A DNA stretch of 64,000 bases, taken from the NCBI GenBank assembly GCA_030426805.1, contig JAUHXU010000004.1, forward strand, positions 46,792 to 110,791. The letters are read 5' to 3'. The position numbers were made by a program, and so were the translations under genes. This stretch comes from a bacterium (lineage in GTDB: Bacteria; Planctomycetota; JAFGQW01). The notes beneath the pieces were generated by a model. The model searched no databases. It was given only the letters and a program-made list of their open reading frames with translations, and was not told where the DNA came from. Shown here piece by piece: positions 1 through 8,012 of this stretch (its first letter is position 1; each line of letters opens with the position of its first letter).

Positions 1-204
1 GTCCTGTTCATGAGCCGCGTCGCCGAGGAAGAGGGAGCGTTCGACCTCGACGACGTGATCGCCGGCGTCACCGCGAAGCTGATCCGGCGGCACCCGCACG
101 TGTTCGAGTCGCCCCGACGGATTTCGATCGACGAGGCGTGGCGGAGTTGGCGTCGGATCAAGGCCGAGGAGAAGGGCCTTGATCGGCCCGACGGGACTGA
201 ATAG
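1..204 (+). CDS. MazG-family nucleoside triphosphate pyrophosphohydrolase, C-terminal part (5' end outside window)
   Basis: The frame is open from base 1. The motif EEEGAFDLDDVIAGVTAKLIRRHPHVF matches the MazG EExxE..RRHPHVF signature. Stop at 204. Confidence 0.6.
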   Translation, partial: VLFMSRVAEEEGAFDLDDVIAGVTAKLIRRHPHVFESPRRISIDEAWRSWRRIKAEEKGLDRPDGTE

Positions 205-289
205 GCTTATTTCCTACCCGGTATCGACACGGTCGCTCCTCGCGGACGGGCGGGTTCGCGACGAGACGTGGGAGCTGTGCATCATCGCG

Positions 290-1084
290 CCACCGAACTT
301 GACCTACGAACTGTACGGGCGCACCGACCGGGGCATCCAACGCGAAGCGAACGAAGACGCGTTCCTCGTCGCCGACCTCGACACCGGTGCGCTCGAAGCG
401 ACCGAGCGGTCGGTGCGCGTCGCGTCGGATCGCCCGCTGCTCGTCGCCGTCTCCGACGGCATGGGCGGGGCGAAGGCCGGCGAGGTCGCGAGCCGCTTGT
501 CGATCGAGGCGCTGCTGACCGCGGCGCGTGACGATCGCGTCGACGGCGATGTGCCGGACCCGGAGACGTCGCTGCGTCGCGACGTGGAGCGCGCGAACGA
601 CGTCGTCTTCGAGCGGTCGACGAACGATGCCGCGTGCGCCGGGATGGGCACGACGATGACCGCGCTGCTCGTGCAGGACGCGTCGTGCTACATCGCGCAC
701 GTCGGCGACAGCCGCGCGTATCTGCTGCACGACGGCGCGCTCCGGCGGCTGACGCGGGACCACAGCTTGCGCAACTTCGTCGTCGATCACGGATTGATGT
801 CGAGCGAGCAGGCCGACCGCCACGTCAACCGCCACGTCATCCTCGAGGCGCTCGGCGTGAAGGAGGACGTCACCGTCGACACCGGCATGCTCTCGTTGGC
901 CGCCGGCGACGTCGTGCTCCTCTGTTCCGACGGCCTCTACTCGACGATGGACGACGACGAACTCGCGCGCCGGCTCGGCGCTGCAGCCGACCTCGCGACG
1001 ATCGGCGACGACCTGATCGACGAGGCGAACCGCCGCGGCGGCCCCGACAACATCACGGTCGTGATCTGCCGCGTCGGCGCGTAG
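290..1084 (+). CDS. PP2C-family Ser/Thr protein phosphatase
   Basis: NEDAF and VSDGMGG(A)KAGEVAS motifs match PP2C metal-binding motifs, followed by DNITVVI. Start is uncertain; a TTG near 290 precedes the conserved domain, and the ORF opens at 179. Confidence 0.6.
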   Translation, partial: PPNLTYELYGRTDRGIQREANEDAFLVADLDTGALEATERSVRVASDRPLLVAVSDGMGGAKAGEVASRLSIEALLTAARDDRVDGDVPDPETSLRRDVERANDVVFERSTNDAACAGMGTTMTALLVQDASCYIAHVGDSRAYLLHDGALRRLTRDHSLRNFVVDHGLMSSEQADRHVNRHVILEALGVKEDVTVDTGMLSLAAGDVVLLCSDGLYSTMDDDELARRLGAAADLATIGDDLIDEANRRGGPDNITVVICRVGA

Positions 1085-1099
1085 CGCTCGCCGCCGTCC

Positions 1100-1657
1100 T
1101 CACAGGCCGATGTCGTCCGCGACGTCGCGCAGTGCGTCGATGACGATCGCGATCAACGCGTCCAACTCGATGCCGTACTCCTCGGCGCCTTGACGCACGT
1201 CGTCGCGGTTGACGCCGGCCGCGAAGCGCTTGTCCTTGAGCTTCTTCTTGACGCTCTTCACCTCGACGTCGGCGACGCGTTTGGACGGGCGGACCATCGC
1301 GACGGCGAACACGAGGCCGACCAGCTCGTCGACCGCGAACAGGGCGCGGGCCATCTCGGTGTCGCGCGCGACGCCGGTGTGGTTGCCGTGGCCGAGGATC
1401 GCCTGAACGATCGGCTCCGGGCAGCCGCGTTCGCGGAGGATCGGCGCGCCGTCGACGGGATGCTGCTCGAGCGTCGGGTGCACCTCCCAGTCGAAGTCGT
1501 GCAGCAGGCCGGCGAGCGCCCACGTCGACTCGTCGGCGTCGGCGCGTCGCGCCAGCGCGCGCATCGCCGCCTCGACACCGCGCGCATGCGCTAGCAGTGC
1601 TTCGCTCTTCGTGAACTCGTGCAGCAGCGCCTCGGCTTGGGCGTGGGTCAGCGTCAT
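1100..1657 (-). CDS. HD-domain phosphohydrolase (HDIG-like)
   Basis: Carries an LLHDFD H-D motif plus upstream and downstream His residues. Start taken at the internal Met MTLTHAQAEALL. Confidence 0.55.
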   Translation of the reverse strand: MTLTHAQAEALLHEFTKSEALLAHARGVEAAMRALARRADADESTWALAGLLHDFDWEVHPTLEQHPVDGAPILRERGCPEPIVQAILGHGNHTGVARDTEMARALFAVDELVGLVFAVAMVRPSKRVADVEVKSVKKKLKDKRFAAGVNRDDVRQGAEEYGIELDALIAIVIDALRDVADDIGL

Positions 1658-1796
1658 TGTCGCGTGCCTCGTTTCGGGACTCCGGGATGCCGTCTCACGA
1701 TGCAACGACCGCGCTCAGGGATCAACCGAGCGCGCCGTGATTCCGATCAAGAGTCCGACGGGTGGGAACGACTTTCCCGCCGCCGACGGAGATCGA

Positions 1797-3134
1797 ATGC
1801 AGCCACCACCGCACACGCCCGACCCAACCGACGCGCGTCCGCGTGCCGTCGTCGCGATCACGGCGGTCGGGTTGCGCGATGCGGTCGCCGCGGCGCTCGG
1901 CGACCACGCGTGTGTCGACGTGTGCGAGCCGAGCGGCCGCGAGGCGGCGCGTCTGGATGCCGATCTCGTCGTGCTGGATCTCGCAGTCGACCCGGCCGTC
2001 GCCGCGGGCTGGCTTCGCGCGTGCCGAGGCGGGGGCGTGCCGGTCATCGGCGTCGCGTCGCCGTCGGACCCGGTGGGCAGCACGAGTCGCGGCTTGCGTG
2101 GCGGCGCACACGCGGTGCTCTCGGCGGAGCGGGCAGCGGGCGCCATCGTCGCGGCGTTTCACGATGCCGTTTCGGTGCCGACGCGGGGGGAGGCCGCCGG
2201 CCTCGGCATGGTGGGACACAGCCCGGCGATCCGCGCCGTTCGCGCCGCGATCCGGCGTGCGGGTCCGGTCCGCGACGTTCCCGTTCTGATCCAGGGCGAG
2301 AGCGGGACCGGCAAGGAACTCGTCGCGCGGGCGATCCACCGGGCGACCGCGCCGGAGGAGCCGTTCGTCGCGGTCAACTGTGCTGCACTGACCGAAGCGC
2401 TGCTCGAGGCGGAGCTGTTCGGCTACGAGGCCGGTGCCTTCACCGGCGCCGCGCCCGAAGGGCGACGCGGCCTGTTTCGGGCCGCCGGCCGGGGCGTGTT
2501 GCTGCTCGACGAGATCGGCGAGATGACGCCGCGCTTGCAGGCGAAGCTGCTCCGCGTGCTGCAGGAGCGCACGGTGCGAGCGGTCGGGGCCGAGCAGGAC
2601 GACGCGATCGAGTGTCGGATCGTCGCATCGACGAACCGGACGCTCGCCGATGCGGTCGAAACCGGCACGTTCCGCCGCGACCTGCTCTACCGCCTCAACG
2701 CGTTCACGATCGACGTCGCGCCGTTGCGCGACCGGCCCGAGGACATCGTGCCGCTCGCTTGGCACTTCGTCCGGGACGCAGCCGCACGATTCGACCTGAC
2801 CGCGCCACGGCTCGCGAGCGATGCGATCCGGGCACTCCGCGCGCACCGGTGGCCGGGCAACGTCCGCGAGTTGCGCAACGTCATCGACGGCGCACTGTTG
2901 CGTGCGGTCGGCCCCGAGGTGACCGTCGCCGATCTCACGATCCAGAACGGCGAGCCCCGGGCGGTTCGTCCACGCCTGGCACTGCACTCGTATCGACTTC
3001 GTGACGCCGAAGCGCAGTTGATCGAGCTGGTGATGGAGGAGACCGGCGGCAACGTGTCTCGGGCGGCGGAGCGGCTCGGGATCAACCGCTCGACGTTGTA
3101 CGCCAAGCTGCGGGAGCGCCGGGCGGATGCGTGA
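1797..3134 (+). CDS. sigma-54-dependent Fis-family transcriptional activator (bEBP) with degenerate N-terminal receiver-like domain
   Basis: Has Walker A GESGTGKELVARAIH, an intact GAFTGA, WPGNVRELRNVI, and a C-terminal HTH NVSRAAERLGINRSTLYAKL. ATG at 1797 is preceded by GGAG. Confidence 0.8.
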   Translation: MQPPPHTPDPTDARPRAVVAITAVGLRDAVAAALGDHACVDVCEPSGREAARLDADLVVLDLAVDPAVAAGWLRACRGGGVPVIGVASPSDPVGSTSRGLRGGAHAVLSAERAAGAIVAAFHDAVSVPTRGEAAGLGMVGHSPAIRAVRAAIRRAGPVRDVPVLIQGESGTGKELVARAIHRATAPEEPFVAVNCAALTEALLEAELFGYEAGAFTGAAPEGRRGLFRAAGRGVLLLDEIGEMTPRLQAKLLRVLQERTVRAVGAEQDDAIECRIVASTNRTLADAVETGTFRRDLLYRLNAFTIDVAPLRDRPEDIVPLAWHFVRDAAARFDLTAPRLASDAIRALRAHRWPGNVRELRNVIDGALLRAVGPEVTVADLTIQNGEPRAVRPRLALHSYRLRDAEAQLIELVMEETGGNVSRAAERLGINRSTLYAKLRERRADA

Positions 3135-3280
3135 CGATCCCGCGCTGACACGCGGTGTCGGAATCCGCGACACCGTTCCGAGATTCGTACGGTGCACGGC
3201 CGCGGCGCACTGCGGGACGGGCGCACGCAACCGCAATCACTGCCGGGGGAAAGGACGTCCTTTCTCGGAGGCGGTCGGAA

Positions 3281-3296
3281 TGGCACACCATTTGTA
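3281..3296 (+). promoter_or_regulatory. candidate sigma-54 (-24/-12) promoter TGGCACaccatTTGT upstream of the second bEBP gene
   Basis: TGGCAC-N5-TTGT has consensus -24 and correct spacing. The -12 is GT rather than the near-invariant GC. It lies ~90 bp upstream of the ATG at 3387, in the only intergenic gap between the two bEBP genes. Confidence 0.3.
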
Positions 3297-3386
3297 AAAA
3301 CATTCGCGGCGCGAGACACGCGCACACATCGACGCAGGGACAGGAGCCGCCGGGGGGCCGGCGTGAATCGAACAGGGGACATCAGG

Positions 3387-4790
3387 ATGGGAACGCATCG
3401 GATTCTGGTCGTCGGCGAGCATGCCGACGAGCGGCGACTGCTCGAGGAAGCGCTCGCCGGTCACGTGGTGGAGAGTCGCGCGTCGGCCGACGACGCGATG
3501 ACGGCGATCGCACAGCACGCGTACGACGCGTTGTTCGTGTCGCGATCGTCGACGGACGAGTCGCTCGAGTCGTGGGTGGCGCGCGTGCGCGATCTGCACG
3601 CCGCGCTCCCGATCGTCGTGATCGACGACGCCGACGCGGCGCCGACCGGTCGCGGCGTCGCGCTGGTCGCCGTGCTTGCGCGGCCCGTCGGCCCGACGCA
3701 GGTGCACGCGGCTGTCGAGGCCGTTCGCCATGCGCTGCGCAGCGGGCACGAGGTCGCCTTTCTCCGGGACTACGCATTCGAGTCGCGCGACGTACTCGTC
3801 GGCGACTCGCCGGCGGCGCACGCGCTGGAACGGGCGATCGCCGAAGCGGCGACCCATCGGCGCCCGGTGCTGCTTCACGGCGAGCCGGGCACCGGCAAGC
3901 GAACGGCTGCGCTTCGACTGCACCGCACGAGTGCGCGTGCCGCGCAACCGTTCGTCGTCGTGGACTGCGGCGCGTCGCCCGAGGGGATGCTCACCCGCGA
4001 GCTGTTCGGCGGCCCGGGCCGGCACTGCGGCGAGACCGCCGGCCGGGTGGGGCTCGCCGACGGCGGCACGCTCCTCCTCGATCGCGTCGACCTGATGCCG
4101 CTCGGCTGCCAGGCGCGGCTCGCGGCGTTGCTCGCCGACGGCGCCTACGAGCGTGGCGACGGCGTGCGGACCGCGGTCGACGTCCGGATCGTCGCGACGA
4201 CGGTCCGCGACCTGCACCGCGCAGCCGAGTCGGGTGCCGTGCGCCGCGACGTGCTCGAGCGACTCGGCACGACGGTCATCGGGCTCGCGCCGCTGGCGGA
4301 GCGGGTCGAGGACATTCCGTTCCTGGTCGAGCACTTCATCGACGCGCTGGGTCCGCGCTCGACCGTGCGCGCGTTCGGGCCGGAGGCGATGGAGCGCTTG
4401 AGCGCCTACGAGTGGCCCGGCAACGTGCGCGAACTCGAGATCCTCGTGCAGCGCCTCGGCGTCCTCGACTTCGGCGAGGAGATCATGCCGGAGCACCTGC
4501 CGCCGGAGATCAGCGGCCAGCACGGTAGCGGCGATCCCTATTCGGCACTCGTCGGCATGAGCATCCACGACATCGAGCGTGAGATGATCCTGAAGACGCT
4601 GGACGAGACCGGCCACAACAAGACGGCCGCTGCGAAGGTGCTCGGGCTGACCGCGCGCACGCTGCACAACAAGCTGCGCCTGTATCGCGAGCAGGGGATC
4701 ATCGCCCAGGACGACTACCGACCGCTCCGGCGGGACGTCGGCCACCCGCACGGGGCGCGCCCGACCGAGACGCACTCCGAGCGCGTGTAG
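3387..4790 (+). CDS. bEBP-family AAA+ transcriptional regulator lacking the GAFTGA motif; receiver-like N-terminus without phospho-acceptor Asp
   Basis: Has GEPGTGKRTAALRLH, EWPGNVRELEILVQRL and C-terminal HTH HNKTAAAKVLGLTARTLHNKL. Where GAFTGA should sit, the sequence reads ELFGGPGRHCGETAGR. The N-terminal CheY-like fold has Ser at the expected Asp position (YDALFVSRSS). Confidence 0.75.
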   Translation: MGTHRILVVGEHADERRLLEEALAGHVVESRASADDAMTAIAQHAYDALFVSRSSTDESLESWVARVRDLHAALPIVVIDDADAAPTGRGVALVAVLARPVGPTQVHAAVEAVRHALRSGHEVAFLRDYAFESRDVLVGDSPAAHALERAIAEAATHRRPVLLHGEPGTGKRTAALRLHRTSARAAQPFVVVDCGASPEGMLTRELFGGPGRHCGETAGRVGLADGGTLLLDRVDLMPLGCQARLAALLADGAYERGDGVRTAVDVRIVATTVRDLHRAAESGAVRRDVLERLGTTVIGLAPLAERVEDIPFLVEHFIDALGPRSTVRAFGPEAMERLSAYEWPGNVRELEILVQRLGVLDFGEEIMPEHLPPEISGQHGSGDPYSALVGMSIHDIEREMILKTLDETGHNKTAAAKVLGLTARTLHNKLRLYREQGIIAQDDYRPLRRDVGHPHGARPTETHSERV

Positions 4791-4876
4791 GGGGATCAAG
4801 TTGCCGGGGACCCGAGTCGATAGAGCCGTTGGCGGAAACGATTTCGCTCCGCCGGGCGCTTTGGCCGGATCCTCGG

Positions 4877-4903
4877 TCAAGCGACGATGCGTGCGGCCGA
4901 CAA
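4877..4903 (+). promoter_or_regulatory. candidate sigma-28 (FliA) promoter TCAA-N15-GCCGACAA upstream of flgM
   Basis: The consensus is TAAA-N15-GCCGATAA. The element has the exact 15-nt spacer, one mismatch in each half, and ends 14 nt before the flgM ATG. Confidence 0.4.
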
Positions 4904-4916
4904 TTCGTCGTAGCGG

Positions 4917-5297
4917 ATGAACATCGACCGCACGAGACAGGAGACCGAAAGCATGCGTGAACACGTGACGACTCGGACCACGGAAAGCCGTCGGACCAAG
5001 CGCGGCCTGTCGGTCGGCTACCGCGACGGCCGCCGCAACGAGTTGCGCGAGGGCGCGCGTGGCCTCGAGTCGGGGCGCGTGCGCCGCGGCCTCCTGCGAA
5101 GCGCGTCGGCCGAGGACTGGGCCGCGTGCGACCGGGTCTGGAGCGAGGTGCGGCGTCGCCTGCGCGACGGCGGCACCCGCGCCGATCGCGTCGCTGCCGC
5201 CCGCGAAGCCCTCGAATCGGGCGCGCTCGACACGCCCGAGGCGCTCGACGCCTGCGCCGATGCGCTGCTGCGCGACGGCGAACCCACCGACCGGTAA
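4917..5297 (+). CDS. flgM: anti-sigma-28 factor FlgM
   Basis: The N-terminus MNIDRT matches enterobacterial FlgM MSIDRT. The C-terminal helix DRVAAAREALESGALDTPEALDACADALL resembles the FlgM sigma-28-binding region ERVEALKxAIRNGELKMDTGKIADxLI. It lies convergent with fliA. An alternative start at 4953 (MREHV) has a GGAGA RBS. Confidence 0.55.
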   Translation: MNIDRTRQETESMREHVTTRTTESRRTKRGLSVGYRDGRRNELREGARGLESGRVRRGLLRSASAEDWAACDRVWSEVRRRLRDGGTRADRVAAAREALESGALDTPEALDACADALLRDGEPTDR

Positions 5298-5313
5298 GAG
5301 ACGCTGGGCGCGC

Positions 5314-5562
5314 TTATCGCGTGCCGCGGCTCGCGTCGAGCAGCGCGCGGAGCCGCGCGACTTCGGCCTCGAGTTCGGCGATCCGCCGCTCTCGCGCCCA
5401 GAGCGCTTCCAGGACGGTCGCCTCGCTGCGCGGGCTGTCCGGGATCACGACGGTCGGTTCGTCGCTGCGTGGCGTCACGGGCGTCGGTGCTTCCGGCGGT
5501 GCGCTCGAGCACCCCGCCAAGCCTCCGATCGTCGCCCAGAGCAGGACGACTGCGGGCCTCAT
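5314..5562 (-). CDS. small lipoprotein with coiled-coil C-terminus, translationally coupled to fliA
   Basis: Signal peptide plus lipobox LAGC, then a coiled-coil stretch ERRIAELEAEVARLRALL. Its start overlaps the fliA stop by 4 nt. Confidence 0.45.
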   Translation of the reverse strand: MRPAVVLLWATIGGLAGCSSAPPEAPTPVTPRSDEPTVVIPDSPRSEATVLEALWARERRIAELEAEVARLRALLDASRGTR

Positions 5563-6314
5563 GACCGGCCGCCCGCGGCGGCGCGCTCGCGTCGCTCGAT
5601 CTCCTGGTTGAGATGGAGGATCGCGCGGCTGTGGATCTGCGAGACGCGCGATTCGGAGATGCCCATCAGCTCGCCGATCTCCTTCAGGAGCAGCTCCTGC
5701 TGGTAGTAGAGCATGATCACGCGTCGCTCGGGCTCGCTCAAGCGGCTGATCGACTGCTTGACGAGCTGTTTGAGTTCCTTCTTCGCGAACGCGTCGGCAG
5801 GGTCGACCGCCTTCGGGCTCGCGAGATAACGACTGGCGCTGTCTCGATCCGAGTCGTCACCGCCGACGTCGAGGCTCAGCCAGCTCAGGCTGCGCATCAT
5901 CAGCAGGATCTCGTCGACTTCGCGGAGCGAGACGCCGAGTCGTTCGGCGATCTCCGGCGCGCGTGCCGGGCGTCCGAGTTCGACCTCGAGCGCGCGACGT
6001 GCGTCGGTCAGAGCGCGGATTCGGTCGCGCTGCGTGCGCGGCACGAAGTCCTGGCGCCGCAACTCGTCGAGGATCGCGCCTTTGACGTTCGTGTAGGCGT
6101 ACGTCTTGAACGACGCGCCTCGATCGGGATCGAAGTTGCGGGCGGCGTTGATCAATCCGATCACGCCGGCGCTGAACAGATCCTCGCGATCGATTTGCGG
6201 GGGCAAGTTGATCGTCAAACGGCCGAGGATGTAGTTCACGAGCGGAAGGTAGTCGACGACGAGCTGGTCTTGCTCGTCCTGACTCCGTGCGGCCCGCTTT
6301 TTCGGCTCGACCAT
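5559..6314 (-). CDS. fliA: RNA polymerase sigma factor, FliA/WhiG (sigma-28) family
   Basis: Region 2 reads DLFSAGVIGLINAARNFDPDRGASFKTYAYTNVKGAILDELR. Region 4 HTH reads LLLKEIGELMGISESRVSQIHSRAI. Confidence 0.85.
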   Translation of the reverse strand: MVEPKKRAARSQDEQDQLVVDYLPLVNYILGRLTINLPPQIDREDLFSAGVIGLINAARNFDPDRGASFKTYAYTNVKGAILDELRRQDFVPRTQRDRIRALTDARRALEVELGRPARAPEIAERLGVSLREVDEILLMMRSLSWLSLDVGGDDSDRDSASRYLASPKAVDPADAFAKKELKQLVKQSISRLSEPERRVIMLYYQQELLLKEIGELMGISESRVSQIHSRAILHLNQEIERRERAAAGGRS

Positions 6315-6528
6315 CGCTCCCCCTCTTCCCTGTCGACATGCCGACCGGGAACCCGATCGACGTGTCGCTCTTCGTCAGCTTTCGGAAGCTGGGGTGGGGT
6401 GCTTTAACGGGGCGCGGTTTTGCGGGGCGGGGGAGTGCGCGTTCTTTTCACGCCTCGGGGCGGTTCGATTCGAGACCGGTGGTCAGTTCGTGCTGCAGTC
6501 GACGGTCGTGATTGACGATACGTCCGGC

Positions 6529-6753
6529 ATGGAACACGGACCACACAGCTCCGGCGTCGAGCCGAGCGACCCGCTCGAGCGGGTGATTCACCGCGTGAAC
6601 AACGCGCTGGCGGTCATGATGACCGAGAGCGAGTTGGCGGTGCTCACCGGTACGAACGCGACGCGCGTGCGCGCGCTTCGCTCGGTCGTCAAGACCGCCG
6701 AGGAGCTGAAGAACTACCTGCTCGCCGAGCAGCAAGCCGCGCTCGGTCGGTAG
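6529..6753 (+). CDS. hypothetical small protein (74 aa)
   Basis: ORF with ATG at 6529, divergent from fliA. No recognisable motifs. Confidence 0.3.
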   Translation: MEHGPHSSGVEPSDPLERVIHRVNNALAVMMTESELAVLTGTNATRVRALRSVVKTAEELKNYLLAEQQAALGR

Positions 6754-6762
6754 ACCGCGCGC

Positions 6763-7902
6763 TCAGCGCTGCGGCGTGACCGGTGTGACCGCCGGCGTCG
6801 GTTTCGCGGCCGGGCGCACGCCGTGGAAGCCGGCGACCGAGCGCACCTGCGTGCCGTCGTCGCCGCGCAGATAGGTGCCGCCGATCCCGCTCTGGCGCGT
6901 CAGTGCGCGTGCGTTGTGCTTGAAGGCGGAGTGGTGGCGGCCCGAACCGTCGTGCCCGAGCATCATCAGTTTGCCGGTCGCGTCGTAGCTTCCGAGCAAG
7001 ACGCCGGTCGGACCGTAGTGGTGGAGCTTGAGCTTGCCGTCGCTGCCCCAGGTCGACAGCGGGCGTCCGAACGCGTCGTAGGTCATGAAGGCGCGTTTGC
7101 CGTTGTTGCCGATCTTGCTCTGGGTCGCGTCGAGGTAGGGCGACGTCACGTGCACGGGCCGATGGTTCTGGTGCGTGAAGAAGACGTCGAGCCCCTTCGG
7201 GTTGCCCATGCCTTCCGGCAAGCCGGACAAGCGCCCGAGCCCGGGGTGATCGCGCAACGACCCCGCCGGCGTGAAGTCCGGGTTGAACGGTCCGCGCGGC
7301 AACGCCTCGAGTCCCGCGAAGCCCTTCTCGTTCCACCGGAAGCGCATGCGGTTGCCGCTCGCATCGGCCATCTCGGTGATGCGTCCACGGCCGTCGCGGC
7401 CGGGGCGTTCGGCCCATGCCGGGATGCGACTCGTGTTGAATGCTTGCACGTCCGGCGGCGACGAGAGGATCTCCTCGGCGTGGAGCGTGGACGGCGCGTT
7501 CATCAATTCGGCCAGCGTATCGACACCCGGTGAGGCGGGGTTCGGATCGTTGCGGAGCCCCCGGAGCGCGTTGCCGGCGTAGCCGCCGCGGATCTGCAGC
7601 AGGTCGGAGATCGTGCGCGGCTGCTCCCCACTCGTCGCGCCGGTCGGACGGGCGGGTTTGAGCAGGTCGAGCACGCCGCCGTTGGCTTTCTTCTCGCGAT
7701 CCGAACCGGTGACCTCGGTGTCCAGCAACTTCGACGGCGTGAGCTTCGTCGGATCCTCGCCGCGTTGCACGGCGCGCAGACGCTCGAGGAGCGACGGCTT
7801 GTGCGGGGCCGGGTCGGGCGTCTGCGCCGTGGCGGTGCCGGCGATGAGCGCTGCGAACGCGACCGCTGCGGCGGTCGGCGTGCTGAAACGTGTCGCGATC
7901 AT
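6763..7902 (-). CDS. secreted hypothetical protein with YD-like repeats
   Basis: N-terminal signal peptide MIATRFSTPTAAAVAFAALIAGTATAQ. Contains FMTYDAFGRP..HYGPTGVLLGSYDATGKL, reminiscent of YD/RHS repeats. Confidence 0.55.
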   Translation of the reverse strand: MIATRFSTPTAAAVAFAALIAGTATAQTPDPAPHKPSLLERLRAVQRGEDPTKLTPSKLLDTEVTGSDREKKANGGVLDLLKPARPTGATSGEQPRTISDLLQIRGGYAGNALRGLRNDPNPASPGVDTLAELMNAPSTLHAEEILSSPPDVQAFNTSRIPAWAERPGRDGRGRITEMADASGNRMRFRWNEKGFAGLEALPRGPFNPDFTPAGSLRDHPGLGRLSGLPEGMGNPKGLDVFFTHQNHRPVHVTSPYLDATQSKIGNNGKRAFMTYDAFGRPLSTWGSDGKLKLHHYGPTGVLLGSYDATGKLMMLGHDGSGRHHSAFKHNARALTRQSGIGGTYLRGDDGTQVRSVAGFHGVRPAAKPTPAVTPVTPQR

Positions 7903-8012
7903 CGGATGGGGCTCCTCCGTGGCGGGGCCGGGTCTCGACCGGATACGAGAACACGGTACACTCTACCACTGCGCGCGCCACCCGACCACCTGGGGAACTG
8001 CCCGGAGAGATC

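Noticed and set aside
2985-3002. TGGCAC-like motif (cctggcactgcactcg) inside the first bEBP CDS
   Set aside because: It is intragenic and lacks the TTGC -12 element.
1722-4964. Long minus-strand ORFs (1722..3236, 3237..4964) opposite the two bEBP genes
   Set aside because: The plus-strand frames carry unmistakable AAA+/HTH motifs. The minus frames are low-complexity R/A/G-rich.
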